Shown here in pieces: positions 9,402 to 19,742 of a stretch of 37,718 bases of DNA. The stretch's first letter is position 1, and each line of letters opens with the position of its first letter. The position numbers and the translations under genes are program-made. Location: positions 1 to 37,718 of the forward strand of contig CAZHQM010000002.1 of the NCBI GenBank assembly GCA_964534155.1. The letters run 5' to 3'. The notes under the pieces are model-generated. The model saw only the letters and a program-made list of their open reading frames with translations, was not told the DNA's origin and did no database searches. Source of the stretch: an uncultured Oxalobacter sp. GTDB lineage: Bacteria > Pseudomonadota > Gammaproteobacteria > Burkholderiales > Burkholderiaceae_D.

Positions 9402-10694
9402 ATGATACCGAATGTGACGACTGAGATGGATAAGCCGATGCTTGAGCTGGAGAAGGCGCTGATTGGCTCTTCATCTACTGTGGAACGATGGTTCCGGATG
9501 GAATGGCAGGATCATACACCACCTTTCTATTGCTCAGTGGATCTGCGGAATGCAGGCTTCAAACTGGCGCCCGTCGATACGAACCTGTTCCCGGGAGGCT
9601 TCAACAATCTGTCACCCGATATGCTGCCTCTGGCTGTTCAGGCGGCGATGTCTGCGATTGAGAAATACTGTCCTGCAGCAAAGAACCTGTTGCTGATTCC
9701 TGAAAGCCATACCCGTAACCTGCCTTATCTCCAGTCGATTGTCCGCCTGCGTGAGATTCTTCAGCTGACAGGTCTTGATGTCCGTTTTGGGACACTGTCA
9801 GAGCAGATCACTGCCCCAACTCCAATGATCCTGCCAGATGGCAAGACAATCCTGCTGGAGCCTGTGAAGCGTATCAATAATGGACGGCGTGTGGGTGTTG
9901 GCGATTTCAATCCGTGTACCGTACTGCTGAACAACGACCTGAGCGCTGGGACTCCTGATGTGTTGAACGAGGTCTATGAGCAGAGTCTGTTCCCGCCTCT
10001 GCATGCAGGGTGGACGGTGCGTCGCAAGAGCAGTCATTTTGAGGCTTACGATGATGTCGCAAAGCGTTTTGCCCGGACAGTCGGGATTGATCCATGGTTG
10101 GTGAATCCTTATTTTGCCCATTGCGGTGATGTCAATTTCGAGGAGGGAACTGGCAAGGAATGTCTCGCTGCACAGGTGCATGCTGTGTTGACGAAGACCC
10201 GCCGGAAATACCGTGAATATGGCATCAAGGAAAAACCGTTTGTCATCATCAAGGCAGATGCGGGGACTTATGGCATGGGCATCATGACAGTAACAGATGC
10301 TAAAGAGGTCAGTGAACTGAACCGCAGGCAGCGTAATAAGATGTCCGTGATCAAGGATGGGCAACCTGTACGGGATGTGCTGATACAGGAAGGTGTCCAT
10401 TCCCTGGAGCGTGTGAATGATGCGGTTGCTGAGCCGGTCGTATATATGATTGACCGCTATGTCGTCGGTGGTTTCTATCGTGTGAATGAACGCCGTGATA
10501 TCAATGAGAACCTGAATGCACCGGGCGCACAGTTTGTGCCTTCGCCTTTCTCCCAGCAGCATACGTTGCCTGACCTGTCTGCAGAGCCGGGGACTTCTGA
10601 GCCAAACCGCTATTACATGTATGGTGTTGTTGCGCGGCTTGCGGCATTGGCGGCGGCAGTTGAGCTGGAAAAGACAGATCCTGATATGCAGTGA
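9402..10694 (+). CDS. gshA: Glutamate--cysteine ligase (betaproteobacterial type)
   Basis: PPFYCSVDLRNAGFKLAPVDTNLFPGGFNNL, KADAGTYGMG; ATG 9402 chosen for GAGG RBS. Confidence 0.93.
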   Translation: MIPNVTTEMDKPMLELEKALIGSSSTVERWFRMEWQDHTPPFYCSVDLRNAGFKLAPVDTNLFPGGFNNLSPDMLPLAVQAAMSAIEKYCPAAKNLLLIPESHTRNLPYLQSIVRLREILQLTGLDVRFGTLSEQITAPTPMILPDGKTILLEPVKRINNGRRVGVGDFNPCTVLLNNDLSAGTPDVLNEVYEQSLFPPLHAGWTVRRKSSHFEAYDDVAKRFARTVGIDPWLVNPYFAHCGDVNFEEGTGKECLAAQVHAVLTKTRRKYREYGIKEKPFVIIKADAGTYGMGIMTVTDAKEVSELNRRQRNKMSVIKDGQPVRDVLIQEGVHSLERVNDAVAEPVVYMIDRYVVGGFYRVNERRDINENLNAPGAQFVPSPFSQQHTLPDLSAEPGTSEPNRYYMYGVVARLAALAAAVELEKTDPDMQ

Positions 10695-10708
10695 CAAGAG
10701 GGGACGAG

Positions 10709-11659
10709 ATGAAGATAGCGTTTTTCGCAGATCCGTTGCAGTCATTCAATCTCAAGAAAGATTCCACCATGGCGATGATGGTGGAGGCGGCATCTCGAGG
10801 GCATACGGTCTATGCTTTCTGTGAACAGGATATTGTGCTGGATGCCGGCAGGGTGATTGCCCGTTGTGACCGTATCCAGCTGAAAGGGACTTATGACGCT
10901 GACTGGTATTCAGTTGCTGAGACAGCAGAGATACAGTTGGCTGATTTCGATGCGGTTATTGTCCGGAAAGATCCTCCGTTTGATATCCATTATGTGACGG
11001 CATTGTGGCTGCTGTCTTTGGCTGAAAAGCAGGGCGCGCGGGTGTTCAATACAGCGGACAGCCTGCTGACGCATAATGAGAAACTGACTGTCGGCCAGTT
11101 TCCGCAGTTTGTGAAGCCGACTCTGGTGACCTCGGACACAGAGCGGATCCTGCAGTTTCATGCACAGCATCAGGATGTGATTCTGAAACCTCTCATCGGT
11201 ATGGGGGGAATGGGCATTTTCCGTGTGAAAGCGGATGGGCTGAATCTCGGCACCATTATCGAGACGCTGACAGATAATGGAAAACAGCCGTTGATGGCAC
11301 AGGCCTATATTCCCGAGATTGCCCATGGGGATAAGCGTGTACTGCTGGTCAATGGCAGGGTGGTTCCATTTGCGTTGGCACGTATTCCCAAGATAGGCGA
11401 GATCCGTGGCAATCTGGCAGCAGGGGGCATTGGCAGGGCACAGCCTCTATCGGACCGTGACCGCGAGATTGCAGAAACCTTGGCACCTGAACTGGCTGCC
11501 AGAGGGCTTTTCCTGGTGGGGCTGGATATTATCGGTGACTGGCTGACTGAGGTGAATGTGACCAGTCCGACCTGTTTCCGTGAGATTACAGACCAGACAG
11601 GGTTCAATGTGGCAGGGCTGTTTATTGATGAGTTGGAAAAAACGCTTTTACCGCATTGA
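10709..11659 (+). CDS. gshB: Glutathione synthetase
   Basis: KKDST, RKDPPFD, GMGGMG, RGNLAAGG, EVNVTSPT. Confidence 0.95.
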   Translation: MKIAFFADPLQSFNLKKDSTMAMMVEAASRGHTVYAFCEQDIVLDAGRVIARCDRIQLKGTYDADWYSVAETAEIQLADFDAVIVRKDPPFDIHYVTALWLLSLAEKQGARVFNTADSLLTHNEKLTVGQFPQFVKPTLVTSDTERILQFHAQHQDVILKPLIGMGGMGIFRVKADGLNLGTIIETLTDNGKQPLMAQAYIPEIAHGDKRVLLVNGRVVPFALARIPKIGEIRGNLAAGGIGRAQPLSDRDREIAETLAPELAARGLFLVGLDIIGDWLTEVNVTSPTCFREITDQTGFNVAGLFIDELEKTLLPH

Positions 11660-11734
11660 ATGTATTGATTAAAATGGCTTTGCAGTATTGTTTATAAAGT
11701 TCATTTGAAGACAGCTCAAGGTGGATTGAGAGAT

Positions 11735-12133
11735 ATGGTTGGCATACTTCTTCTAATGCATGATCCTCTGGCGGGGGCATTCAAGGCAACAGTCAGGCAT
11801 CTGTTTGGGAACAGTCAGGAGCGGTTTGAGGCGATTGATGTTCAGGCAGATCAGGATATTGCCGAAGTCGAGGCTTTGGCCCGGGATGCGATAGCCCGTC
11901 TGGATGATGGCGCGGGTGTATTGGTCTTGACGGATATATTGGGTGGTACGCCTGCAAACTGCTGTGGACAGCTGAAGGTGGAGACATCTTCCGTTGAGGT
12001 CCTGACAGGTGTCAGCCTGCCGATGCTGCTACGTGCGTTGACTTACCGGAATACCGATCTTGAAACCATGATTGCCAAGGCACTGCTGGGGGGCAAGAAC
12101 GGTGCTGTCAGGATTGAGCCTGAGCTGAACTGA
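11735..12133 (+). CDS. PTS EIIA component, mannose/fructose family
   Basis: GILLLMH, VLVLTDILGGTP, GVSLPML; upstream of HPr. Confidence 0.88.
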   Translation: MVGILLLMHDPLAGAFKATVRHLFGNSQERFEAIDVQADQDIAEVEALARDAIARLDDGAGVLVLTDILGGTPANCCGQLKVETSSVEVLTGVSLPMLLRALTYRNTDLETMIAKALLGGKNGAVRIEPELN

Positions 12134-12207
12134 TACAGAAAGTATGGATCTGAGTGCTGGCCGGAAAGTCTACCAGCGGGGAATGAACAGGAAAACAGAT
12201 AAGAAAT

Positions 12208-12477
12208 ATGGTCAAAACAGAACTTGAAATCATCAATAAACTGGGGTTGCATGCCCGTGCATCTGCGAAACTGACCCAGCTGGCATCCAAGTTTGCCAGT
12301 GAAGTCTGGCTGTCATTCCGGAACCAGCGCATCAACGCAAAGTCCATTATGGGGGTGATGATGCTGGCAGCGGGAAAAGGGTCGGTTGTCACATTGGAAA
12401 CGGATGGGGTTGACGAAGAGGCATGCATGGAAGCCCTGACAGGATTGATCAACAACCGTTTTGGCGAATCAGAATAA
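12208..12477 (+). CDS. ptsH: Phosphocarrier protein HPr
   Basis: GLHARAS and NAKSIMG motifs. Confidence 0.95.
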   Translation: MVKTELEIINKLGLHARASAKLTQLASKFASEVWLSFRNQRINAKSIMGVMMLAAGKGSVVTLETDGVDEEACMEALTGLINNRFGESE

Positions 12478-12504
12478 AGTTCCGCTATGCAGTCCAGTAA
12501 CGAG

Positions 12505-14268
12505 ATGGCGTCTTTCACGCTTTTTGGCATTTCTGTCTCACAGGGGGTATCTATTGGCCGTGCCCATGTGATTGCCCATGCGGCGATGGAGGCGCGTCAT
12601 TATCTTGTTCCTGAGGAAAAGATCGAGGCAGAGGTTGAGCGTTTGGAGCTTGCCCTGCATACGGTCGGCGCTGAACTGACTATGTTCAGTGAGAATCTGC
12701 CAGAGGATGCACCACCCGAGCTGAGTGTGCTGATGGATGTGCATGCGATGCTGCTGGCAGATGACGAGATTTCAAAAGAGCCATTCAATATTATCCGCAC
12801 ACGCAGGTACAACGCTGAATGGGCGTTGATGACGAAGATTGAGGATCTGGTCTCCCGCTTCGACAATATGTCGGATCCTTATCTGCGTGAGCGCAAGGCG
12901 GATATCCAGCAGATCGGTGACCGTGTGCTCATGGTGCTGACGGGGACACAGACTGAAGTACCCGCAACCGATGCTGCCGATCAGGTCGATATGATTGTGG
13001 TTGCACATGACATCTCACCTGCGGATATGATCCAGTTCCGTGACAGCACGTTCAGTGGCTTTGTCTCAGAGATTGGCGGGCGGAATTCCCATGCGGCGAT
13101 TGTGGCGCGCAGTGTGGATACACCGGCGGTGTTTGGGCTGTCAGAAGCACTGTCCCTGATACGGCAGGACGACTGGCTGATTGTTGATGCGGATGCCGGT
13201 GTTGTCATTGTGAATCCGACCCAGCTGGTGATGGAGCAGTACCGGAACAAGCAGTCTGAACAGCAGAAGCTCAAGCGGAAACTGAACCGGCTCAAGAAAG
13301 TGCCTGCGGTGACTCAGGATGGCACAGCGGTGGAACTGCTGGCGAATATCGAGTTTCCTGATGACTGCCGGACGGTCATGGAACTGAATGCGACGGGGGT
13401 TGGGCTGTTCCGTTCGGAATTCCTTTTCATGGGACGGGGTGATGGTGTGGGTCGCCTGCCTGATGAAGAGGAGCAGTTTGAGGCATACAAGCAGGCAGTA
13501 ACCCTGATGAAGGGACGGCCTGTGACCATCCGTACCTTGGATATTGGTGCGGACAAGCAGCTTGATGATGAGACATTGTCCAAGAATGTGATGAATCCTG
13601 CATTGGGCAAGCGGGCAATCCGTTTCTGTCTGGCAGAGCCTGAGCTGTTTCTGACGCAGCTGCGGGCAATTCTCAGGGCATCAGCCTTCGGTCAGGTGAA
13701 ACTGCTGATACCGATGCTGGTGTATGGATTTGAGATTGACCAGGCATTGGGCTTTGTTGAAGAGGCAAAGGCGCAGTTGCGGGCACAGGGTCGCATGTTT
13801 GATGAATCGATTCAGGTTGGTGCCATGATCGAGGTGCCTGCGGCGGTGCTGTCGTTGCCGATGTTTACTTCCCGGATGGATTTCCTGTCGATTGGGTCGA
13901 ATGACCTGATCCAGTATGCATTGGCAGTTGACCGTGTGGATCCTGATGTGGCGCATCTTTATAATCCGCTGCATCCTGCCGTGTTGGCGATGATCCAGAT
14001 AACCGTTGAGCAGGCTGAGAAAGCGGATGTGCCGCTTTCTGTCTGCGGTGAGATGGCAGGGGATCCGCATCTGACACGTCTGCTGCTGGCTTTGGGTATC
14101 CGGCAGCTCTCCATGCATCCAACCCAGCTGCTGCAGGTCAAGCAGGAGGTGCTGCTGAGTGACCTGACTGTGCTGAAGTCGAAGGTGAAGCGGATTCTGT
14201 CGTTGATGGATGAGCAGGAAATTGAAGCAGCTGTTCAGGATCTGTATCAGGAAGAGCTGTCTGTTTGA
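12505..14268 (+). CDS. ptsI: PEP-protein phosphotransferase (enzyme I)
   Basis: SHAAIVAR, GLFRSEF, RTLDIGADK, SIGSNDLIQY, CGEMAG; alternative ATG at 12487. Confidence 0.93.
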   Translation: MASFTLFGISVSQGVSIGRAHVIAHAAMEARHYLVPEEKIEAEVERLELALHTVGAELTMFSENLPEDAPPELSVLMDVHAMLLADDEISKEPFNIIRTRRYNAEWALMTKIEDLVSRFDNMSDPYLRERKADIQQIGDRVLMVLTGTQTEVPATDAADQVDMIVVAHDISPADMIQFRDSTFSGFVSEIGGRNSHAAIVARSVDTPAVFGLSEALSLIRQDDWLIVDADAGVVIVNPTQLVMEQYRNKQSEQQKLKRKLNRLKKVPAVTQDGTAVELLANIEFPDDCRTVMELNATGVGLFRSEFLFMGRGDGVGRLPDEEEQFEAYKQAVTLMKGRPVTIRTLDIGADKQLDDETLSKNVMNPALGKRAIRFCLAEPELFLTQLRAILRASAFGQVKLLIPMLVYGFEIDQALGFVEEAKAQLRAQGRMFDESIQVGAMIEVPAAVLSLPMFTSRMDFLSIGSNDLIQYALAVDRVDPDVAHLYNPLHPAVLAMIQITVEQAEKADVPLSVCGEMAGDPHLTRLLLALGIRQLSMHPTQLLQVKQEVLLSDLTVLKSKVKRILSLMDEQEIEAAVQDLYQEELSV

Positions 14269-14301
14269 CGCTCAGTAGGGTTTTCGTTATCCTATCGAAA
14301 T

Positions 14302-14366
14302 TGCGCCGATTTGAGATGACAGCTTGCGGGCGCAGGGTTTTATTCCCGATAAATACGGCTAAAGCG
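14302..14366 (+). ncRNA. SAM-II riboswitch (long-loop-like variant)
   Basis: P1 TGCGCC/GGCGCA, GATTT after P1, 3' ATAAA...GCTAAA signature, directly upstream of metX. Confidence 0.8.
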
Positions 14367-14374
14367 CGCTTTTG

Positions 14375-14402
14375 AGAGCCCGAGCCGTATTCGGGCTTTT
14401 TT
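14375..14402 (+). terminator. Intrinsic terminator in the metX leader
   Basis: AGCCCGA-GCCGTAT-TCGGGCT followed by a T run. Confidence 0.8.
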
Positions 14403-14439
14403 CATTAGGGGTGGGTGTATCCCATCAGGATAGATTTTC

Positions 14440-15573
14440 ATGTCAACACCACATTACGTTTCGCCTAAGTCCATGCATTTCCCAGAGCCGCTGGTTCTGG
14501 AAAGCGGGGCAAGTATCGCAGACTATACGCTCGTTTATGAGACCTATGGCACCTTGAATGCAGACCATTCCAATGCGGTACTGGTCTGTCATGCGCTGAA
14601 TGCATCCCATCATGTCTCTGGCGTTGATAAAGAGACCGGTGAGGTTGGCTGGTGGGACAACATGGTTGGTCCTGGCAAGTCACTGGATACCAATAAATTC
14701 TTTGTGATCGGCGTCAACAATCTGGGGCACTGCTATGGTTCTACGGGACCAATGCATGACAATCCTGAGACAGGCAAGCCGTATGGTGCAGATTTCCCTG
14801 TCATGACCGTTCAGGACTGGGTCGATGCACAGGCAAGACTGGCTGATGGACTGGGTATCCGGAAGTTTGCGGCTGTTATGGGTGGCTCGCTCGGTGGTAT
14901 GCAGGCATTGACCTGGACGATGCGTTATCCTGACCGTGTGGCGAATGCAGTGATTGTGGCTTCGACTTCCCATCTTTCCGCACAGAATATCGCATTCAAT
15001 GAGGTGGCGAGAACGGCTATCCTGTCTGATCCTGATTTCCATGGCGGGGATTTCTATTCCCATGGCGTTGTGCCGAAGAATGGGCTCCGTGTTGCCCGCA
15101 TGGTCGGTCATATCACTTATCTGTCTGATGATGATATGTCTGAGAAATTCGGGCGTGAGCTGCGGACAGGCGAATACAAGTTCGGTTATGGGGTTGAGTT
15201 CGAGATTGAGTCCTACCTGCAGTATCAGGGCAACAAGTTCTCCACCTTCTTTGATGCGAATACCTATCTGCTGATTACCCGTGCATTGGATTACTTTGAT
15301 CCTGCGGCGAAGTTCGGCGGTGACCTGAGCAAGGCTTTTGAGAATACCCAGGCGAAATATCTGCTGATTTCCTTTACTACTGACTGGCGTTTTGCACCTG
15401 AATGCAGCCGCACGATTGTGGATGCGCTGATCAAGAACGGCAGACAGGTGTCTTATGCAGAGATCGATGCACCGCATGGTCACGATGCTTTCCTGCTGAA
15501 CGATGCCAAATATCATGAAACCGTACGCGCCTACTATGACCGTATCTGGCAGGATCTGACGGAGGGGAATTGA
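14440..15573 (+). CDS. metX: Homoserine O-acyltransferase
   Basis: [25 protein letters not shown] nucleophile elbow, HGHDAFL. Confidence 0.95.
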   Translation: MSTPHYVSPKSMHFPEPLVLESGASIADYTLVYETYGTLNADHSNAVLVCHALNASHHVSGVDKETGEVGWWDNMVGPGKSLDTNKFFVIGVNNLGHCYGSTGPMHDNPETGKPYGADFPVMTVQDWVDAQARLADGLGIRKFAAVMGGSLGGMQALTWTMRYPDRVANAVIVASTSHLSAQNIAFNEVARTAILSDPDFHGGDFYSHGVVPKNGLRVARMVGHITYLSDDDMSEKFGRELRTGEYKFGYGVEFEIESYLQYQGNKFSTFFDANTYLLITRALDYFDPAAKFGGDLSKAFENTQAKYLLISFTTDWRFAPECSRTIVDALIKNGRQVSYAEIDAPHGHDAFLLNDAKYHETVRAYYDRIWQDLTEGN

Positions 15574-15574
15574 G

Positions 15575-16198
15575 ATGAATGCACCGACATTGAAAAAATA
15601 CCGTACCGATCTGGAGTTCATCGCTGATTGGGTCAAAGACAAGGCATATGTGCTGGATCTGGGCTGTGGCAGTGGTGCCTGGATGGAGTATCTCCAGACA
15701 ACCAAGGGCTGTACAGGGTATGGTGTTGAATACGATGAGCAGAAGATTCCTGCCTGCATCCGTCGGGGTGTGAATGTGATTCAGCATGACCTTGAGAATG
15801 GTCTGCCATATTTTGAGGATGACCGTTTTGATACGGTTTTCTGCCTGTTGGCATTGCAGATGCTGAAGAATGTCGAACCGCTGATGAAAGAAATCGCCCG
15901 TGTCGGCAAGGATGCTGTGGTCAGTTTTCCAAACTTTGCCTATCAGAAAAATCTGGATGCCCTGAATCAGGGCTGCCGGATGCCGATTTCTGAAGAGCTG
16001 CCTTTTGAATGGTATGACTCTCCGAACCTGCGGTTCGCAACCATACGGGATTTTGAGGATCTGATCGATCAGGTTGGTTTTGAGATTCTTGACCGTGTTG
16101 TCCTGCATGAGGGCAAGGTCGTGACAGAAGACCCTTACCACAACGGCAGTCTTGCTGTTTACAGACTGCAGAAGAAATCCGCAACTGTTTCTGACTGA
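15575..16198 (+). CDS. metW: Methionine biosynthesis protein MetW
   Basis: VLDLGCGSG, VSFPNF, LPFEWYDSPNL; follows metX. Confidence 0.92.
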   Translation: MNAPTLKKYRTDLEFIADWVKDKAYVLDLGCGSGAWMEYLQTTKGCTGYGVEYDEQKIPACIRRGVNVIQHDLENGLPYFEDDRFDTVFCLLALQMLKNVEPLMKEIARVGKDAVVSFPNFAYQKNLDALNQGCRMPISEELPFEWYDSPNLRFATIRDFEDLIDQVGFEILDRVVLHEGKVVTEDPYHNGSLAVYRLQKKSATVSD

Positions 16199-17433
16199 TG
16201 GCAACAACCAGCAAATGGAAGGCACTGCTTGACCCCCGTCTGTTGCCGTGTGTCTTCTTTGGATTCTCGTCAGGGCTTCCACTTTTCATCCTGCTGACGC
16301 TTGTTCAGGCGTGGCTGACGGATTCCGGGCTCAATGTGAAGGCATTGGGTCTCTTTGCGCTGGTGATGTTCCCCTACACCTGGAAGTTTCTCTGGGCACC
16401 GTTGATGGACCGTTATTCCATTACACGTCTGGGCAGGCGCCGTGGCTGGATGGCAGTGACCCAGTTTGCACTGTTTGTCACCGTCGGTGTGCTGGGTATG
16501 CTCGATCCCAAGAATCAGATGGTGCTGATTGGTGTGATGGCTGCGGTGATTGCCTTTCTTTCCGCGAGTCAGGATATTGTGGTGGATGCGTACCGCCGTG
16601 AGTCTCTGCCTGATTCGGAGCAGGGGCTTGGCAGTGCGATTCATGTGAATGCTTATCGTGTCGCAGGGATGGTGCCTGGGGCGCTGTCACTGATTCTGGC
16701 AGATATGATGAGCTGGCAGATGGTGTTCTGGATCACGGCGGCATTCATGCTGCCAGGTCTGGTCTGTACGCTTTTTGTGAAAGAACCTGAGGTTCTGGGG
16801 ACGACTCCCCGCACAATCCGTGATGCGGTTGTGCTGCCGTTTACTGAATTCATCAAGCGTGATGGCTGGAAGCAGGCGATCCTGATCCTGCTGTTCATCT
16901 TCCTCTATAAGCTGGGCGACAGTCTGGCGACAGCGCTTTCCATCAAGTTCTATCTGGATATGGGCTTCACGATGACCCAGATCGGTGTGGTTGCGAAAAC
17001 AACTGGGTTCTGGGCTAGCATTGCCGGGGCTTTATTAGGGGGTGTCTGGATTATCGGCTTGGGTATCAACCGAGGGCTCTGGATTTTCGGCGTCCTGCAG
17101 GCGGTGGCAATCCTTGGATTCTCATGGCTCGCACAGAGCGCTACACCTGATCCGCTGTTGCTGGCGGTGGTGATTGGTGCCGAGGCTTTTGGAACGGGGT
17201 TGGGGACTGCGGCGTTTGTTGCCTATATCGCCAAGACAACGGATCCCCGCTATACCGCAACACAGTTTGCACTGTTCACCAGTCTGGCTGCGGTGCCACG
17301 TACATTCATCAATGCTTCTGCCGGTTACATCATCGACATGACCGGTTGGTTCATGTTCTTCAATCTCTGTTTCCTGCTGGCAATTCCAGGGATGCTGCTT
17401 CTGCCGAAGATTGCGCCTTGGGGACAGAAATAA
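16198..17433 (+). CDS. ampG: Muropeptide MFS permease
   Basis: GFSSGLP, WKFLWAP, GRRRGW, SASQDIVVDAYR, TATQFAL. Confidence 0.92.
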   Translation: MATTSKWKALLDPRLLPCVFFGFSSGLPLFILLTLVQAWLTDSGLNVKALGLFALVMFPYTWKFLWAPLMDRYSITRLGRRRGWMAVTQFALFVTVGVLGMLDPKNQMVLIGVMAAVIAFLSASQDIVVDAYRRESLPDSEQGLGSAIHVNAYRVAGMVPGALSLILADMMSWQMVFWITAAFMLPGLVCTLFVKEPEVLGTTPRTIRDAVVLPFTEFIKRDGWKQAILILLFIFLYKLGDSLATALSIKFYLDMGFTMTQIGVVAKTTGFWASIAGALLGGVWIIGLGINRGLWIFGVLQAVAILGFSWLAQSATPDPLLLAVVIGAEAFGTGLGTAAFVAYIAKTTDPRYTATQFALFTSLAAVPRTFINASAGYIIDMTGWFMFFNLCFLLAIPGMLLLPKIAPWGQK

Positions 17434-17500
17434 AATACTAGCCTTTGCATCAACAGGCTAAAATAGCATTCATTACCATCTACTGACTTTTGAGGTTGAT

Positions 17501-18166
17501 ATGAGTGCATTAAGCGAAGATTTCATCCGTTTTTCCCTCGACTGTGGCGTACTGCGTTTTGGTGAGTTCATCACCAAGGCTGGTCGCAAGTCTCCTTATT
17601 TCTTCAACGCAGGCCTGTTCAATGACGGTCAGTCCCTGAACGAGCTGGCAGATTATTATGCGGAAACCCTGCTCCAGTCCGGTCTGGAATTCGATATGCT
17701 GTTCGGTCCTGCATACAAGGGGATTCCTCTGGCGGCATCTGTTGCTGTAGCACTGGCAAGAAAAGGGCGCAATGTTCCATTTGCCTACAACCGCAAGGAG
17801 GCGAAGGATCATGGCGAAGGTGGCATCATGGTCGGTGCACCGCTGAAAGGCAAGATTGTCATCATCGATGATGTGATTACTGCAGGGACATCCGTCAACG
17901 AATCTGTTGGCATCATTACCAGTGCTGGTGCAACACCAAGCATCGTCCTGATTGCACTGGACCGTATGGAACGTGCAGGCAAGGATGGTGTCCTGTCTGA
18001 ACTGTCTGCAGTTCAGGAAGTCCAGCAGAAACATGGCATGCCAGTACTTTCCATTGCCAACCTGAATGACCTGATGGGCTATCTCAACAAGGCCGGTTCT
18101 GACAGTGAACTGGCAAAATATCAGGATGCAGTCAAAGCGTACCGCGATATGTACGGCGCAAAATAA
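17501..18166 (+). CDS. pyrE: Orotate phosphoribosyltransferase
   Basis: [38 protein letters not shown]. Confidence 0.96.
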   Translation: MSALSEDFIRFSLDCGVLRFGEFITKAGRKSPYFFNAGLFNDGQSLNELADYYAETLLQSGLEFDMLFGPAYKGIPLAASVAVALARKGRNVPFAYNRKEAKDHGEGGIMVGAPLKGKIVIIDDVITAGTSVNESVGIITSAGATPSIVLIALDRMERAGKDGVLSELSAVQEVQQKHGMPVLSIANLNDLMGYLNKAGSDSELAKYQDAVKAYRDMYGAK

Positions 18167-18200
18167 ATAAAAACCGTTTCAACTGACACAGGGGGTCACC

Positions 18201-18962
18201 ATGAAACCGAATCGTTTGGGCAAAGCCCTGATTTCAACACTTTTGATGACCGCCTGTGCGCTTCCATTTTCGGTACAGGCAGATTCTCCAGACAATCTGG
18301 ATATCATGTGGTGCCGTGCCAATCTCCAGAAAACACCTTTCTATAAGCAGAAGTCTGTCAATTCAGGTACCGTGAAGTATCTGGAAAAGAATGATCTCGT
18401 CTATATCGCCAGCCGCGAAACCGATAACACCGGCAATGGCTGGTTTGAGGTTGTCTGGCCATTCAAGGGTTGGATGCGCGAAAAGGATTCCTGGTTCCCA
18501 TACAACCGCACCTATAACCCGAACAATCTGCCGATTTATGAACGTATGTCTATCCGTCTGGCGACGGATATCGGGAATTATCCTAAAGCAACCATCAAAA
18601 AACTGGGGCAACCAAAAAAGCAGGAATACGCTGTTCAGAATTTTGCAGGCAGGGTTGTTGTCCAGACTCTGACCTGGAAGGGGATGGTCATCGAGTATAT
18701 GAATTCGTACCGCAAGGAGGAAGATGCCTGGATCAACAGGATTGCCGCTGGTCCCGGGGCAAAGATCAGTTTTGGTCCAATCCGTGTCGGAGACAGCTCG
18801 GCAAAGCTGGTTGAATATGGCATCAGTCAGGGTGAACCTCTGATTCATGGTGAGGTGCGGCTGGAAGAGGGAGCTGAAAAATTCCTGTTTATCATCCGTG
18901 AAAACCGGGTTGCGAGCATGCATTACCAGTTCGGGAATGATGGCTATCTGTGGTTACCTTGA
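18201..18962 (+). CDS. Secreted protein with SH3b-like N-terminal domain (paralog 1)
   Basis: Signal peptide ending VQA; SVNS...L...GWFEV...KGWM pattern. Confidence 0.65.
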   Translation: MKPNRLGKALISTLLMTACALPFSVQADSPDNLDIMWCRANLQKTPFYKQKSVNSGTVKYLEKNDLVYIASRETDNTGNGWFEVVWPFKGWMREKDSWFPYNRTYNPNNLPIYERMSIRLATDIGNYPKATIKKLGQPKKQEYAVQNFAGRVVVQTLTWKGMVIEYMNSYRKEEDAWINRIAAGPGAKISFGPIRVGDSSAKLVEYGISQGEPLIHGEVRLEEGAEKFLFIIRENRVASMHYQFGNDGYLWLP

Positions 18963-18995
18963 TAGGGTTGAAATCTAGAATGCAAGGGGATGTTT

Positions 18996-19742
18996 ATGAA
19001 ACTGAATCGATTGGGCAAAGCGTTTGCCAGTACTGTTCTTGCGGCATCATGTGTGTTGCCATTTGTGGCACAGGCAGACTCTCCAGATAATCTGGATATT
19101 GTCTGGGCACGGACTGCGGGAGAAAAAGCACCGATTTACAGCCAGAAATCGACTTCATCGCGGGTTGTTCAGCAGTATCCCAGCAAGTATACGGTTTACC
19201 TGACAGGTGAGGAAACCGATGCTAAAGGCAACGTCTGGTATGAGGTTTCCTGGCCAATGAAAGGATGGCTGAAGAAGAGTGACAGCTGGTTTGCGCCTCA
19301 GGTCAAGGGGTACTATCCCGACAATCTGGCATTGCCTGAGCGGTTGGCTGACCGCCTTGCGATTGATTTCGGGAATTATCCTCAGTCTTCTATTAAAAAA
19401 TTCGGCAAGCCGATGGCCCAGAAATATTGGACTGCTGGGGGCGTGATTTACCAGCAACTTAACTGGTCAGGACTGGAAATCCAGTACGAAAATTCATACA
19501 GGCGGGCTGAGGGGGCATGGATTTCTGCGTTGACTGTCAGCAAAGGTTCCAAATACAACTTTGGTCCTATCCATGTTGGAGATCCTGTCGAGAAGCTCGG
19601 TGAGTTCGGTATCGAGCGGCCTGCGGCTGATGGTGAGGTGACCATCGGTAATTATCAGGAGTTCCGTTTCATTATCAAGGGTGGAAAAGTCGATAGTATG
19701 AGTTACCGCTATGGCATTGAATTCCTGCCACCGAAGAAATAA
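18996..19742 (+). CDS. Secreted protein with SH3b-like N-terminal domain (paralog 2)
   Basis: Colinear similarity to the upstream gene (QADSPDNLDI, WPxKGW, NSYR, FGPI); ATG 18996 matches the paralog start. Confidence 0.65.
   Translation: MKLNRLGKAFASTVLAASCVLPFVAQADSPDNLDIVWARTAGEKAPIYSQKSTSSRVVQQYPSKYTVYLTGEETDAKGNVWYEVSWPMKGWLKKSDSWFAPQVKGYYPDNLALPERLADRLAIDFGNYPQSSIKKFGKPMAQKYWTAGGVIYQQLNWSGLEIQYENSYRRAEGAWISALTVSKGSKYNFGPIHVGDPVEKLGEFGIERPAADGEVTIGNYQEFRFIIKGGKVDSMSYRYGIEFLPPKK

Noticed and set aside
11735-14268. PTS genes without a permease as a novel system
   Set aside because: The gshA-gshB-EIIA-HPr-EI arrangement is common in Betaproteobacteria.
9798-16282. Long antisense ORFs (9798-10745, 14680-15759, 15431-16282) and similar shadows elsewhere
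   Set aside because: They mirror well-supported genes on the other strand and have no motifs or RBS; expected from codon bias.
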